Assembly: GCA_964106645.2 (NCBI GenBank)
Contig: OZ067038.1
Source of the DNA: Podarcis pityusensis
Lineage: Eukaryota
Reading direction: 5' to 3' (one strand)
DNA: 64,000 bases
Part shown: positions 1 through 12,796 of the stretch, piece after piece
Layout of the letters: each line of letters starts with the position of its first letter
Numbering within the stretch: the stretch's first letter is position 1
Program-made: the position numbers and the translations under genes
The notes under the pieces: model-generated
Told to the model about the DNA's origin: nothing
The model's input: only the letters and a program-made list of their open reading frames with translations
Databases searched by the model: none

Positions 1-264
1 CCCATAACCTAGGTTTAAGGTACCATTTAGCTCCTAGCTTTCATATCTCAGTTTCTCCCACTTCCAATTCAATGCCCATATGAAAAGCCATATTTACATG
101 CAGGGAGGAACCTAGGACAATCCTTGGGTAGCAGCCTAACCTTTCTTGTGTGTGCTCATCATGTATAAGACTGTATGTTGTGGAATACATTATATACACA
201 TCTTAAACATAGAATCTATGGGACTCAAGGGTCATCTAGCAACCCCCCCCCCCCCCCCCGCATG

Positions 265-411
265 TCAACTTGGATAGCTCAGTTGGTTAGAGTGTGGTGC
301 TGATAATCCCAAGGTTGCAAGATTGATCCCTGTGTGGGACAGCTGCATATTCCTGCATTGCAAGGATAGATAGATAGACCTCAGGATGGCTTTTAGCTCT
401 ACAGTTCTATG
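265..411 (+). mobile_element. tRNA-Ile-derived SINE with CR1-like 3' tail (Squam3-like), decayed
   Basis: Head tagctcagttggttagagtgtggtgctgataatcccaaggttgcaagattgatccc resembles CpG-decayed tRNA-Ile; ends in a CR1-type tail ctctacagttctatg. Confidence 0.65.
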
Positions 412-1374
412 TAAAGCTGCCCTACGTTTGGACCTTGCTTTGTGTTTCCTTTCCATGTAGAAATCCCTTTCCACATGGATCCCATCCAGTATTTTCTAAA
501 TATCACCTGGCAATTGGAGGAAGCAACCTAGTGTTAACAAAAACTCTGGATGACTTCTTAAAGTAATCAGCAACCCTCCTGTTGCAACATTGCCCCTGCC
601 TCCAAATCCATGCAGATTAGTAGTGAAAACTGTACCCAGACCACCAATCAGCAATCTCTGAATCATATACCTATGAACCAATCACTGAATTGCCTCTGTT
701 GATCTCATGGAGGCTGTTACAGTAAAGTCTGCCAATCCTGAAGGTATTAAACAAAAGCATGCAATGTCCAATTGAGCGCAAATGGACAGGGGGCCACATT
801 CACTCAGCATGTGGGTAAAACAACAACTGACCTATGCACAAACATTTTAAGAACCATAAATCCACAAGATTGGCAATCATCAATCAATCAATCAATCAAT
901 CAATGGAACTACTGGTTGCAAAACACTTCAATTTAGATCATAACAGTCCATCTGATTGAACAATTATTGCAATAAATATGCAATCTGATCCAAGAACATT
1001 GGTAACAAGAAAAACCATCTATTTTATTGATTTATCTGGTTATAAAAGTATTAGATACTGCTAATTTGTACAATACAACATGACAGTGTACGACAATATA
1101 TACAATAAAACATCATTAAAACAGTACAAAACAGTCTGCATATATACTACAGCAAATACAACACATCTAAATATTCCCTCCTCACTGCACCATTTGATTC
1201 ACATCAGAGCAGCTAAAGAAGGTGGAAGCCTTAAGAATATATATGTTTTCCTTTTCAAATATATCTCTGTTTTATTAGTCAATGCAATAAATGTTTAGTT
1301 TTAGTGGTTAACAGCATCCTTCCAAGATCAAGAGCAAACATGCCTGAAGTGCTGTTTGATGCTTTAAAAATACT

Positions 1375-1377
<3 letters not shown>

Positions 1378-1452
<75 letters not shown>
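1378..1452. repeat. Compound microsatellite (TG)n-(AG)n
   Basis: Directly visible; source of the spurious CV/RE-repeat ORFs. Confidence 0.95.
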
Positions 1453-1457
<5 letters not shown>

Positions 1458-3039
1458 TTCTTGTAATGCCCTGGAAGATATCTGTCATAAAGACATTGCA
1501 GATGTTCCTAGTATGCTTGACACCACAAAAAATGCATCTGTTAACACACAGCTTCTTTTATGTCCCATAAAGATACATTTTGCAGTCCTCTTTTCTGTCC
1601 TATGTCCTTGCACCCCCAAAGCATGAATATGGGGAAGCAATAACCAAAGCTGCCTTCAGACCCTGTTTGAACTTCATTCATTTAAAGCAGGGATGGGGAA
1701 CTTCCAGCTCATGAGCCAAACTAGCCTCACCAAGTTTTCTAATTAGACCTGTGAGGCAATATTTCCCTGACAGGCCTATAAGAACTGCTGCAGCTGCTAC
1801 CACCCAGGAGGACTCCCCTGCTCAGTGCCTGAGGGCCCCAGTCCTGCCACTCACAACCTGGCCCAGGGCGGGGCTTGATGGGCTCTATAAAGGACTGCTG
1901 CCACTGCTGCTGCTGGGCAGAGAGGGCTCCATTTTGTTTTGTTTTTGTTTTTTGTTTAAATTGCTGTTATTTTTTACCTATGTCATTTTAAACCGATATT
2001 AATGCTGTATTCTTAGTTTTAGATTTTGATTTATGTGGATATTGTTTCCCATTTGGTTGCGTATTTTTTTAATGTGGTTTATTTATTGTTTATGACTTTT
2101 GTAATTATGTAACTCTTTTTATGCTGTAAGCTGCCTTGAGCATTGTTTTTTAACTGTGGAAAGGCGGCATACAAATAAAAAATGATGATGATGATGCCAC
2201 AGTCACCTGCCCCACACCTGTTGACATAAGCTGACCAGTGTGAGGCAGCCGAGGATGCCACAAAATTCTAATTCAGAGGGCCAGGCCCCCCAACTTCTAT
2301 GGCAGCCACGCACACATGCCACACTGACATCATGTGCACATGCTGTGGGGCATGCACGCAGGGCACACTGACAACACACAGCCCCAAACTCCCTAAATCA
2401 CGGAGGCAGGTAAAATCACAGCTGTAGGGGAACACCTCTAAAGCTTAGAATGTATTCCTCTGCAAACAGGGCTTGCATTCAGCGCCTTTTAAATTTGCAA
2501 GTGCAAATCCTGCTGGAATAAGTTCCACACAGGAGCTCCTGATCAGAGTGTGGCCAAATCCCTGTCAAATGCCAAGCCAAGGTGGTTTTAAATTGAGTGC
2601 CAAATACACAGCTCACTAGGATCTGAGCTTCTGCACAAAGCAAATCCCTGATTAGAGTAGGGGTTTCATTTAACAATGAATTTTAGTGCTGCTTTCTGCT
2701 GGAATTTTTGCAGCTGTAGCTTGAATTCAACATTTGGTTGAAAAGGAAGAATTAGGGATGCACTTTGAATGTGTGACTGATTCTTTCTTTGATTTTTGAA
2801 TCAATTGCAGCCATACAATGTCAGGTGACTGAGAGGCTGATGGCCCCATACACCTGTCAGAAGCGTCCCATGTCTGCTTTAAAGGCATGTCTAAACTTAA
2901 AATGTTAACCACAGTTTTCATTGCTTCCTGCTAAAATATCCCGAGAATTGTAACTCTTGTAAGGAGATTTCTACCAAATAAGTTTTAGCACCTACAGAAA
3001 ACTATAATTCTTTGGTAGAAGATACACTATCTCCTCCCA

Positions 3040-3210
3040 AACCAAATAGTCTGAATGTCTTCGACTTTTCTTTGTATGACTTACTGCCTAGTTCCGCATA
3101 ACTGCCACCGCCATTCCATTCTTAGGTATCCCTGTACTTCTTGAACCCGAAAATGAAGCACCCTAGGCTCGATTCCGTACTTGCCAGGCCTCATCTCAGA
3201 TTTGGAACAG
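3040..3210 (-). mobile_element. Old CR1 LINE ORF2 fragment
   Basis: Antisense similarity to the CR1 ORF2 C-terminal region; highly decayed. Confidence 0.4.
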
Positions 3211-4445
3211 GATTGCACTGTTGTTTCCTATGCCTTAAATATTAACTTCCTCCCAGGAATACAAGTCTATGAAATGGTATATTGAGCAGAAACCAAATCA
3301 AGGCAAATAGTATCTTCTCAAACAAAACAAAGGTGACTCAAACGAGCACAGAGATAAATATATCACAAATGAAAGGAGAGAAAGTTCTCGAAGGAGATGA
3401 ATCCAATTCTAAATGTAACATAAAAGAAATAAATAGTCGCTTTTTAATTTGCAAATTGGAAACAACCCCCCATTCAAGTTGTGCCTTATAGAAGAAACAT
3501 TTGAAGAACTCTTGGTGCTCTGGTTATTTTACATAGATGATTAATCTGGTTGAAAATTCTTAAGGCTGTATTCTCAGCCCAAGGGATATTCAGCCATCCC
3601 CTTTATTAATCTATTCTAGAAGGCTTCATCCTCTTATCACTTTGCTGATTTGCTTTCTGTCTCCAGAGGTCTGTAATATATACAAGTATTACCTAAATCC
3701 AAAAGCTAAAACTGATTGAATTTTATAGCACTGTGTTATACACTGACGTAAACAGAACAGCGCATGAAAACTGTACTGGGACTTGGGATGAAATTTTCAT
3801 TTCTATTTTTGTTCAAGCATATCCCCCCGCTTTCTTAATATACAGGTAAATTTGTAAAGAAATGCTTCAAACAATAGCAGCCGAATGGATATGCAAGCTT
3901 AATATGTCATTATTTTTAAATACTTTAAGAACCTAACTGTAGTGGAATGAAAGCTGAGAAATAAAGCTGCTACCTTCAGGAAGATGAAGCTACATGGAAT
4001 ACTGGTACTGGCTATTGATGGTCACCCCTCAGTTTCCCATCTGATGGTAGGACCCCACATCCCTCAGCATGGGTGTAAGGTCAGTTCCCACTGGACCTCT
4101 GCAACATTGAGTTGGGTGAATGAAGACAAGTGCCTACAATTACAAATGCATAGATGCTCCACACAGTTAAGAGCTCTGCATGATCAAGGGGCACAACAGC
4201 AACTGCATTCGTGCCTGTGCTCTTTTTGATACATTCTGCTCAATGTGCAGACATTGATTGATGCACCAATGTCAGGCACAAAGGCAGCAGGCTGAGGTCT
4301 GCTCGATTCACACAGTTAATATATATTGGATGAAAACATGGAAAGGCATTCAGAGTGCATCAAAGAGGATGGGTGCTCTAGTATACAAACAACCGGAAGC
4401 TGACTTGAAAAAGGCTTCCAATAACTTTGGAAAACCCATGCAGAT

Positions 4446-4510
4446 GGGAAGGGAAGGGAAGGGAAGGGAAGGGAAGGGAAGAGAAGAGATGGGAAGGGAG
4501 GGAAGGAGGA
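4446..4510. repeat. (GGAAG)n pentanucleotide purine-rich repeat
   Basis: Directly visible. Confidence 0.9.
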
Positions 4511-5058
4511 GGAATGTCTGGGGTTCAGGCAATCAGCCGCTGCTCTGAATACCTAAGCATACTGATGATTACCTAGAGTACAGAGACTGCTCCTGGACAA
4601 AAAGACAATTCATTGGAGCCTACTAATTCCTGTCATTCTCTACAAGTAGAAACGGATGTGGATAGCATCACTGTCTTGCCAGTAGATGGCGGGAAGTGTG
4701 TCCTCACTTTCCTGCTTAGTAGGAAGGGACACTCCATCAAAATATTGAAATACCTGTCTCCGCCTTTTGCTTTGCCCAACAGAATTTTGGTGGGTCTTGG
4801 AGCAGTTGGAAAAGCAGAAGGCAGGCAGAGGGAGTGTTCTCATGTGTTTTGCATGCACCAACTCCAAACATATCAAAAACATAAAGCTCCAACACAGGGA
4901 TGCTTGTATATTTATACACACTCACCTGATATTCTTTTCTCATATTAAAATATGTTATCACTGATATTTTGTTTTTGCATCTGCTTTATATTGTTGGTTT
5001 TAAAGTTTTCGCACTGATTTAGGTGTTTTAATATATTTTTAAGTACTGCCCTTAGTTG

Positions 5059-5084
5059 AGGAGGAGGAGGAGGAGGAGGAGGAC

Positions 5085-5130
<46 letters not shown>
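5059..5130. repeat. Compound trinucleotide microsatellite (GAG)n-(CAG)n
   Basis: Directly visible; explains the poly-A/P/C/S/R ORFs at 4945-5280. Confidence 0.95.
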
Positions 5131-5712
5131 TGTATAAGGCTGTACAGCTCTCAGTACTGGAAGTTTGATATACATAACAGGGAGTGGACATTACATTCTC
5201 CTTTGTCAGCTTCCAAGAGCATTCAAAGGAAGACTTGCTTCCACCACGGACTTCCATCAAAAGCCCTCAGTGGGAACTAGTTTCTGGGATCTTCTGACTA
5301 ACAATAAAGGAAGATGTGGATTCATCCTGGGCTGAGTGAAGTCCACCCCACCCCCACCCGACTTGCCTCCCAGGTCCTTATTGGGTCTCTCACCTTACAA
5401 CCCAAGGAAGACCAAGAATGTGGGGAAAATGCTGCCCAAATACATCTTTCACATGTTATTTCTGATTATATGTGAATATATATTTTTAAACTTGATTGTT
5501 TTAGGCATACAACAGCTTTTATAAGCTGTTCTGAAAGCATATTGGGGATATAGAGTGGGTTAAAATATTCTAAATAGACAAATCTGGCTGCATTGTTGAA
5601 GGAAGAATGTCATTATCCTCCGGAGTTTGATCAGCTAAAGCAAACTTATTCTTTTATTCTTAAGCCAAATATGACCTTGCCAGTTCTCCATCTCCCACAG
5701 CACTTTCTCACT

Positions 5713-6284
5713 CGGAAGAAGTTCGGAAAAGGGCAACCAAAATGATCAAGGGAATGGAACAACTCCCATGTGAGTGAAAGCTTTGGGGCATTTTAGTTGA
5801 GAGAAACGACAAGTAAGAGGTGACTTGATGGAGGTGTGTGAAATTATGCATGGCATGAAGAAAGTTGACAGAGAAAAGTTTCTCTTCCTTTTTCATAATA
5901 CTAGAACTTGGAGATATCCAATTAAGTTGAACACTGAAAGATACAAGCCAGGCAAACTAAAGTATTTCTTCACTCAGCACATAGTTAAACTATCGTATTC
6001 ACTCCCACAAGAAGTAATGATGGCCACCAACTTGGATGGCCTTAAAAGAGGATTGGACAAATTCATGAATGATGAAGTTATCAGTGGGTACTAACTCTGA
6101 TGGAGATGTTCTGCCTCCACGGCTGGAATCAGTTGGCTTCTGCATACCACTTGCTGGGAATCACAAGTGGGAAAGTGCTGGCCCGGTTTTTAGTTTTTCC
6201 ATAGGCATTTGGGTGGCCACTGTGAGAGCAGAATGCTGAACTAGATGGGCCATTGACCTGATCCAGTAGGCTTTCCTTACATTC
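5713..6284 (+). mobile_element. CR1 LINE, 5'-truncated 3' end (ORF2 C-terminus plus 3'UTR)
   Basis: ORF 5825-6094 (KVDREKFLFLFHNTRT...YFFTQHIVKL...LDGLKRGLDKFM...GY*) is the typical CR1 ORF2 terminus, followed by the 3'UTR gctgaactagatgggccattgacctgatccagtagg. Confidence 0.9.
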
Positions 6285-6351
6285 AGACAATCAGCCCACC
6301 TTCTGCCCTGAATAACTGCCTCTAGTCAGTCACTGAGTAGCTGATCTAGTA

Positions 6352-6593
6352 CAGTGGTACCTCAGGTTACAAACACCTCGGGTTACAAACACTTGGGGTT
6401 ACAGACTCTGCTAACCCAGAAATAGTACCTCAGGTTAAGAACTTTGCTTCAGGATGAGAACAGAAATCGTGTTCCGGTGGCACAGCAGCAGCAGGAGGCC
6501 CCATTAGCTAAAGTGGTGCTTCAGGTTAAGAACAGTTTCAGGTTAAGAACGGACCCCTGGAACGAATTAAGTACTTAACCCAAGGTACCACTG
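6352..6593 (+). mobile_element. Tc1/mariner-type MITE, copy 1
   Basis: TA|CAGTGGTACCT...AGGTACCACTG|TA terminal inverted repeats with TA duplication; no coding capacity. Confidence 0.9.
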
Positions 6594-6595
6594 TA

Positions 6596-6791
6596 CAGTG
6601 GTACCTCGGGTTACAAATACTTCAGGTTATAGACTTCCGCTAACCCGGAAGTAGTACCTCGGGTTAAGAACTTTGCCCCAGGATGAGAACGGAAATCGCA
6701 TGGCAGCGGGAGGCCCCATCAGCTAAAGTGGTACCTCAGGTTAACAATGGACCTCTGGAATGAATTAAGTTCATAACCAGAGGTACCACTG
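6596..6791 (+). mobile_element. Tc1/mariner-type MITE, copy 2, abutting copy 1
   Basis: Same TIRs; shares the TA at 6594-6595 with copy 1; right TA at 6792-6793. Confidence 0.9.
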
Positions 6792-8160
6792 TAGAAACAG
6801 CAGAGTCTTCACTTTATGAGTCAACAAGTGACCTGTTGACTTATATTTCACTTCAGTTGTAAAAGGGTACCTTTGAACAGGACAAAAAAATGCATTGACT
6901 AAAAAAAAATGAGATACTTTGTGAAGCAAAATTGCTTGGGTGCATTTTCCTATTCTGCAGTCAACTAGCCAAAATAAAAGATCTGGACTAAGTCCAAGGG
7001 ATGAAACCAATTATGATAAATAGCTAAATCTGTGAATACCTATGAATCACCTGACTGTAGCATAATCACTTAGAAGTGATACCCCTGAGGCTACTGTTAA
7101 AACATGGCAGTGAAATCATCACTACTTTCATCAGGGTAATTATAAATCATCATTGTCATTCTCTTTCTAGCCTTGTCGGAACAAAGCCTCAGGATTTTTT
7201 TTTTCATTTTGCTATGCCTAGCTTTAGTCTGATCCAAAATTTATTACTAAAGAGCTCTAGGTTTCATAGTAAACTTTCTAACACATCATTTCTACACATT
7301 TACAACCCAGTCCACAGTTTCAGGAAGAAACATTTAAGTTGATATATATATTTATTTGAATGGGACTAATTTGGTATAGATTATTGGTGTTCGTATGTCT
7401 GAAATCCACAGGTGCCAATATCCTTTGAAATAACATTTTCCTCTTCTGAAATAGCAATGGGTCATTTAGCTGCCACTCCACTACTTATTCCCTGGGAAAT
7501 AATATACCCTAGATATTATTTCAAATCTGATGTCCTTTCATGATTGTCATAGTTCCTCCTAGCTTCATGACTCACAATCAAAATCATGTGATAAACACTG
7601 CTTAACAATTCCATGTGGGGATTTAGCAGATAAGTGAAAATGGGTAAAACCAAGCATACCAAAATAATAGATGTCTTTCCACCACAATAATCAATCTTAT
7701 CCCATGTGTACATAAACTGAGAACCATACAAAATGCAGTCTCCCAAAATGTATGGAGACAGCCTATTCACATACAATTTGTACATGCACAGACATCATTT
7801 TGACTCTAGAATTGAAAAGATGGAGTGAAGGATAGGGCCAGTAGACACAACTCCAATTCTTCTCCCATGTGTAGAGAGGAACACACATGTAGGTCCTATC
7901 TAGATTCACTGTACTTCATACTTGAAAACTTTGCCAGTCACAGCAAGTGTTAATTGTAGTAGCTTGCATATGAATGAGCAACTTTGAAGAAGAAGAAAAA
8001 TCACTTTCATTTTACATTGACCAGGCTAAATACACTTCAATTAAACAAGAGCATTTCCACATTTATTTCAACAAAACCTACCAACACAGAGTTTCCATTG
8101 TTCTCAAAACCTTCACACATTGCAGCATTCTACAATCTGATTGCTGTGAAGCCTGACAAA

Positions 8161-8194
<34 letters not shown>

Positions 8195-8744
8195 GTTTCA
8201 TCTCCTCATTTTCTTATCTCTTTTAAAGGTCGCTTGCTTTCAGTCCTTCTTTATAGTTTTCATGCTTAATCTCCTTTATTGACACAAGGTCATGAAATAC
8301 TCTTGTTGTATTGAGGATATACAGACACACTCCATTAATACCCAGTCAATGCATTATTTTCAAGGATAATGCAAATGATGGCATTGAAAATCAGCCTTAT
8401 ATTTAATTTTATTATCTCCATCAGCACAACGGGTCAGATTCAGCAATCTGTATACATAAAAAGGTCTATTTATCCAGGTGCATAAAGTCTACATTCTTGC
8501 ATGTATCTGTATAATGTCTATGCCCCTTACTTGTAATAACCTTTCTAATATAAGCAGGTTTCAGTGGCTGGCTTTTAGATTTTAAATGTAAAAAAAAAAT
8601 CCAATGAACTTCTTAGTGTTCTGTGTGTATATATACATATCCCCTGTTATTAAAAACATCTATTTCTATAAGAAATCACAGTATCTATGTCCTCTGGCAA
8701 AAGGTCTCTTTTTTGTTGTGGTGAACATTTCAGAACAGAGAAAT

Positions 8745-9016
8745 GCACTCCCGTTGCTCGGTCCCAGCGCCTGCCAACCTAGCAGTTCGAAAGCACCGCC
8801 GGGTGCAAGTAGATAAATAGGGACCGCTTACTAGCGGGAAGGTAAATGGCATTTCCGTGTGCGGCTCTGGCTCGCCAGAGTAGCTTCGTCACACTGGCCA
8901 CTTGACCCGGAAGTGTCTGCGGACAGCGCTGGCTCCCGGCCTATAGAGTGAGATGAGCACACAACCCTAGAGTCTGTCAAGACTGGCCCGTACGGGCAGG
9001 GGTACCTTTACCTTTA
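8745..9016 (+). mobile_element. Sauria SINE (Squam1-type), 5'-truncated
   Basis: Core cctgccaacctagcagttcgaaagcac...gtgcaagtagataaatagg and (ACCTTT)n tail; lacks the tRNA head seen in the 44938-45291 copy. Confidence 0.9.
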
Positions 9017-9310
9017 GGTGATGGCCACAGCCACCCACCCACCAACCTATGACACATGTCCCAATGCCTAACCACCAATACCATAAAAGTTGTGACGATT
9101 TGCTACAAGGTAGGCAAAAAACCCAGAGGCTGGGGCCAATCTGCCAAATGGATAAAAACTCCTACCAGGCCCCCTGATCAACCAGGGCAACCAACCAAAG
9201 TCCATAGCAAGGTCAAAGCATAAATATGACCTAAAGGGAGGGTGGGCAGGTGATCCGACGACTCCAGGGAAGCAGAATGAGGCACGGGGCTGCCGCAGCT
9301 GCTTGAATGC
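9017..9310 (-). mobile_element. Internal fragment of the DIRS/Ngaro-like non-coding family
   Basis: Collinear with about 24407-24700 (ggtgatggccac, ccaatgcctaacc, aaagttgtgacga, ggtaggc, cctaccaggccccctg, tccatagcaaggtcaa, ctaagggag). The homology is seen directly; the class is inferred. Confidence 0.6.
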
Positions 9311-10429
9311 GGCACAGAGCTACCAACTTGGTTACCTAATTGTATAAATCCTGTTGCAAGCTGAACAGTCTGGCATTTTTCTCTGCAACTTCAATAGATT
9401 AATGAGTTCTGATATAGATGATGTGTTAGGATGACAACTCATGCTCGTAAACTCATTTCAGTCCTGGTTTGATATTAAAATAGGTCTTAACAGTCTTACC
9501 TACATTTGATGAACTTTGATAAAAATGCATAACTTTTATTTGGACCAAGTAAAATTTATGAGAAGAAACCCCAGGAGGAGTTGAAGCTCCTTTCTCACAG
9601 GAGGAGAAAGGACATTAACTCATTAGTCCAAGGTATGTCATGCAAACCTAGTAGCCTGTAGATGTTATTGAACTACAACTCACATCAGCCCTAGCCAACA
9701 AGGTTATGGGTGCTGTATTTGAGGAAGGATTATCTAGTATTACATGCAGTTACAGTGGCTCTTTCATTACCATCTTGGCTGTGAGTCCTGGAAGACTCAC
9801 TACCTGGCTTGGGAGGGTAGGTCCCCAACTAATTCCAGCTACAAAAGCTGAAGTTGCTGAAGTGGCCAGAGATCATACTCACTGTCTCTTACTGCAGACC
9901 CAGGTCAGCGAACCTGTGCTTCCACAGCTGCTGCCAGCCATAAACCACCACTAGTAGGATTGGCAGCAGCAGCAATGTTCTGTGCTTATGATAATATTTT
10001 ATTCTCTTGCTAATTATCCTGTTTTAAATGTGCATTTTATATTTGACTTCCTTTAGTGTTTTCTTTTGGGGGGAAAAATTAACTTCTCTGCGTTAGATGT
10101 GCATTCTGTAGTTGACCTCCTTTATAATGTTTCATTTTGAAATCTTTAAGATAATATTTTGGTTTCCTGTTAATTATGTTGCTTTGAATGTATACTTTAT
10201 ATTTGACTTTTTTCAGTAACGTTTTATTCTGGAATGTTTTCTTTGATATTTTAATGCAGGCTATAAACTGCATGCATTCCCCCCCCCCCCCAAAAAATAT
10301 ATATAAGGTAGCATAGAAATTAAATGAATAATAATAGCCAACACTGTAAATGGAATCCCTGATCCAGACCATGTGCAGAGGAGAAATGAAAGTGCTCTCC
10401 ACCACAATAAAGAGTTTCAAAGCTTTGGT

Positions 10430-10651
10430 GTCTAGACCCTGAGGCCTCCCCCAAACCAGAAAGGGTCCCCTGGCTGCACGGCTGCTTAAAAGGGGTAAGC
10501 CACACCCCCCAGACAACCGGATTGGGTGGCCGGGGACCGTGACGCAGCCAGGATCTCTCCAATGACGCAGGGCTTAGCCCCACCCCCAGCTGAGTGCAGA
10601 GGGCACGCGGCCTGACCGCAATACCGCCCCACCTGGAAGTGGAGCAGCCTT
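10430..10651 (-). mobile_element. Terminal fragment of the DIRS/Ngaro-like family
   Basis: Minus strand begins aaggctgctccacttccaggtggggc-ggtattgcggtcagg, the same terminal hairpin plus GGT(G/A)TTG(C/T)GGNCAGG motif as the 24 kb and 39 kb copies; CpG-rich relative to flanks; left edge uncertain. Confidence 0.5.
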
Positions 10652-11149
10652 ACTGGAAACAGTCTTAAACTGGTTACAAATAACTGCTACAAAATACAAA
10701 ATAACGCATTGCTCATAAACAAGCAATCAATGCAGTCCAATCTTTTTAGTTCTTAATACAGTTCAATAACTTTCATCTCACTGATCTCAAAGAGAGATCC
10801 TGTCCAGGCAACTTGCTTGTACCACCATTGCAGAGCTTCAATGACCAACTAAGAAACTGAGTTCTCAGGTTTCAGCTCACGTGAGATCGATCTCTGCTTG
10901 GGTTTCCAGGATGAATCATGAATTAACCTGAATGGAAACCTCCACCCTTTTCTTTGTCGCATTTAGCTAGAGATAAACTTCTCTTCCCTAATGCAAACCT
11001 CTCTGCTTGGCATTTTAGATACAATGAATTCAAGCACTGTGTTTTATGCATATTAAATTTATATCTTTAACACTCTTTAGTTAAATTTAGCACAAAAAAA
11101 GGTCTGATATAGCTTACATTATTTATACCCTGTTAGTTAGTTAGCAAAC

Positions 11150-11330
11150 AAAAACCACGTTGAAAGTGAACTCCATACATTTATGTACTGGCAATGCTTT
11201 TGCCATAATATCTGCAAGCATTTCTTTGGTTGGACAATACTGAATTTTTATCACTCCTTGAACAAGCGGAGCCTTTACGATAGCTGCTTTATATCTTGTA
11301 TTGTTTATTTGTAACACATTGCTCTTAAAC
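11150..11330 (-). mobile_element. Decayed Ty1/Copia LTR-retrotransposon pol C-terminal (RNase H) remnant
   Basis: ORF 11141-11443 contains VQGVIKIQYCPTKEMLADIMAKALP, matching the Copia motif GxIxLxYxPTxxMxADxLTKxL. Confidence 0.65.
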
Positions 11331-12570
11331 AGCAAAAAATGTGTTACATATAAAATACTAAGTGACACATTATAACTGTTTCCAGTATAGGTTTGAAACC
11401 CATTCTTGAGTCTGGAGAGCAAATTCATTTCTGCTTTGCACATGGTACAGATCAGGGATTCTGCTTGCAGTACCTCTTAACAACTGGTTGGTCAAAATTA
11501 GCATTACATCACAAAATCTAATTGGCTAATTAGTTGGGGGTGGGGATAGGTTAAATTTGCTTAGCTAACTTTTGCCCAGAGCTCCAGTGGCTGAGGGAGC
11601 AATTTGGGTGCAATCTATCCCCATTTCTAAAACCCTGTAGTTAATCCATGTATTGCCATTTCAAACTGACTGCTTGTGGTGCATGTAGCAAGTTTATCCA
11701 TTTAAGGAATGTGTATCTCATAGATGCATTTATTTGTCTAATCATTGTAAATTGTTTGCTAAGAACAAATTAATGATGCATTCCTTTCCCCCACCATCTC
11801 TCCCTGGAAAAATTGCTTTACAGTCTGTGCTCTGTAACATTTCCTCAATTTAATTCATTTGTAAATGGTCATTTGCTCAACAGAGCTCAAAATAATATGC
11901 AACTGGAGAGAAATATTCCCCACTGTATATATATTTAAAATTTATCAAGTATAAACTCCTGCCATATAATCCAATCTTAAATAAAGTAACTCATGATTAT
12001 ATTTGAAATATAGTCATACAGCAAGTGTTATACTGAGCTTTTCCAAGATCCATGCTCAGTTATGAAGCTCACTGGTGGCCTTCAACCTTCACTGTCTTCC
12101 ATATAGTGAAGACTTGTGAGTATAAAATAGGATTTCCATGTGTTCCACTCAAGTCTCACTGGTTAATGGTTAGACTATGTTTGAACATACATACTTACAT
12201 ACACATTTCTCCTGTGGCATGACTGCAATGGCAGCTCATGCTTTCATTCTTGATAAAATGAATCTTATTCTGTTCTCTGAACCTGACAAACTGTGGTTCA
12301 ACATGACTGTGGTTTGTTTGAAATAAGCCATATTCAAGCCATGGTATACGGAGCTGGCTTGTTTCAACAAACCAGAGTGAGTTTGGGATTCAAGTGTATC
12401 AATAAACTCACTATGGTTAATAAAAACTGGAAAGGGGGGCTTCCAAACACCTTCTCATAACAAGCCCAGGGCATGAGAGAGGGGGAGAGTTTGGAATAGG
12501 CTAGACTGAATCTCATTGCGATAAACCATTGCTTATTGTGGTATCTGAATATAGCCATAAGATACATGTA

Positions 12571-12796
12571 CAGTGGTACCTCGGGTTACATACGCTTCAG
12601 GTTACAGACTCTGCTAACCAAGAAATAGTACCTCAGGTTAAGAACTTTGCTTCAGGATGAGAAAAGAAATCGTGCTCTGGCGGTGCAGCAGCAGCAGGAG
12701 GCCACATTAGCTAAAGTGGTGCTTCAGTTTAAGAACAGTTTCAGGTTAAGAACAGACCTCCGGAACGAATTAAGTACTTAACCCGAGGTACCACTG
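12571..12796 (+). mobile_element. Tc1/mariner-type MITE, copy 3
   Basis: TA|CAGTGGTACCTCGGGTTA...TAACCCGAGGTACCACTG|TA. Confidence 0.92.

Noticed and set aside
265-340. Apparent tRNA-Ile gene (also tRNA-like sequences at 21413, 37970 and ~45250)
   Set aside because: Degenerate stems or B-box, and each continues into a SINE body and tail; these are SINE heads, not tRNA genes.
4945-5280. ORFs with poly-Ala/Pro/Cys/Ser/Arg tracts (also 1304-1626 and 21844-22304)
   Set aside because: Translations of microsatellites; no splice or homology support.
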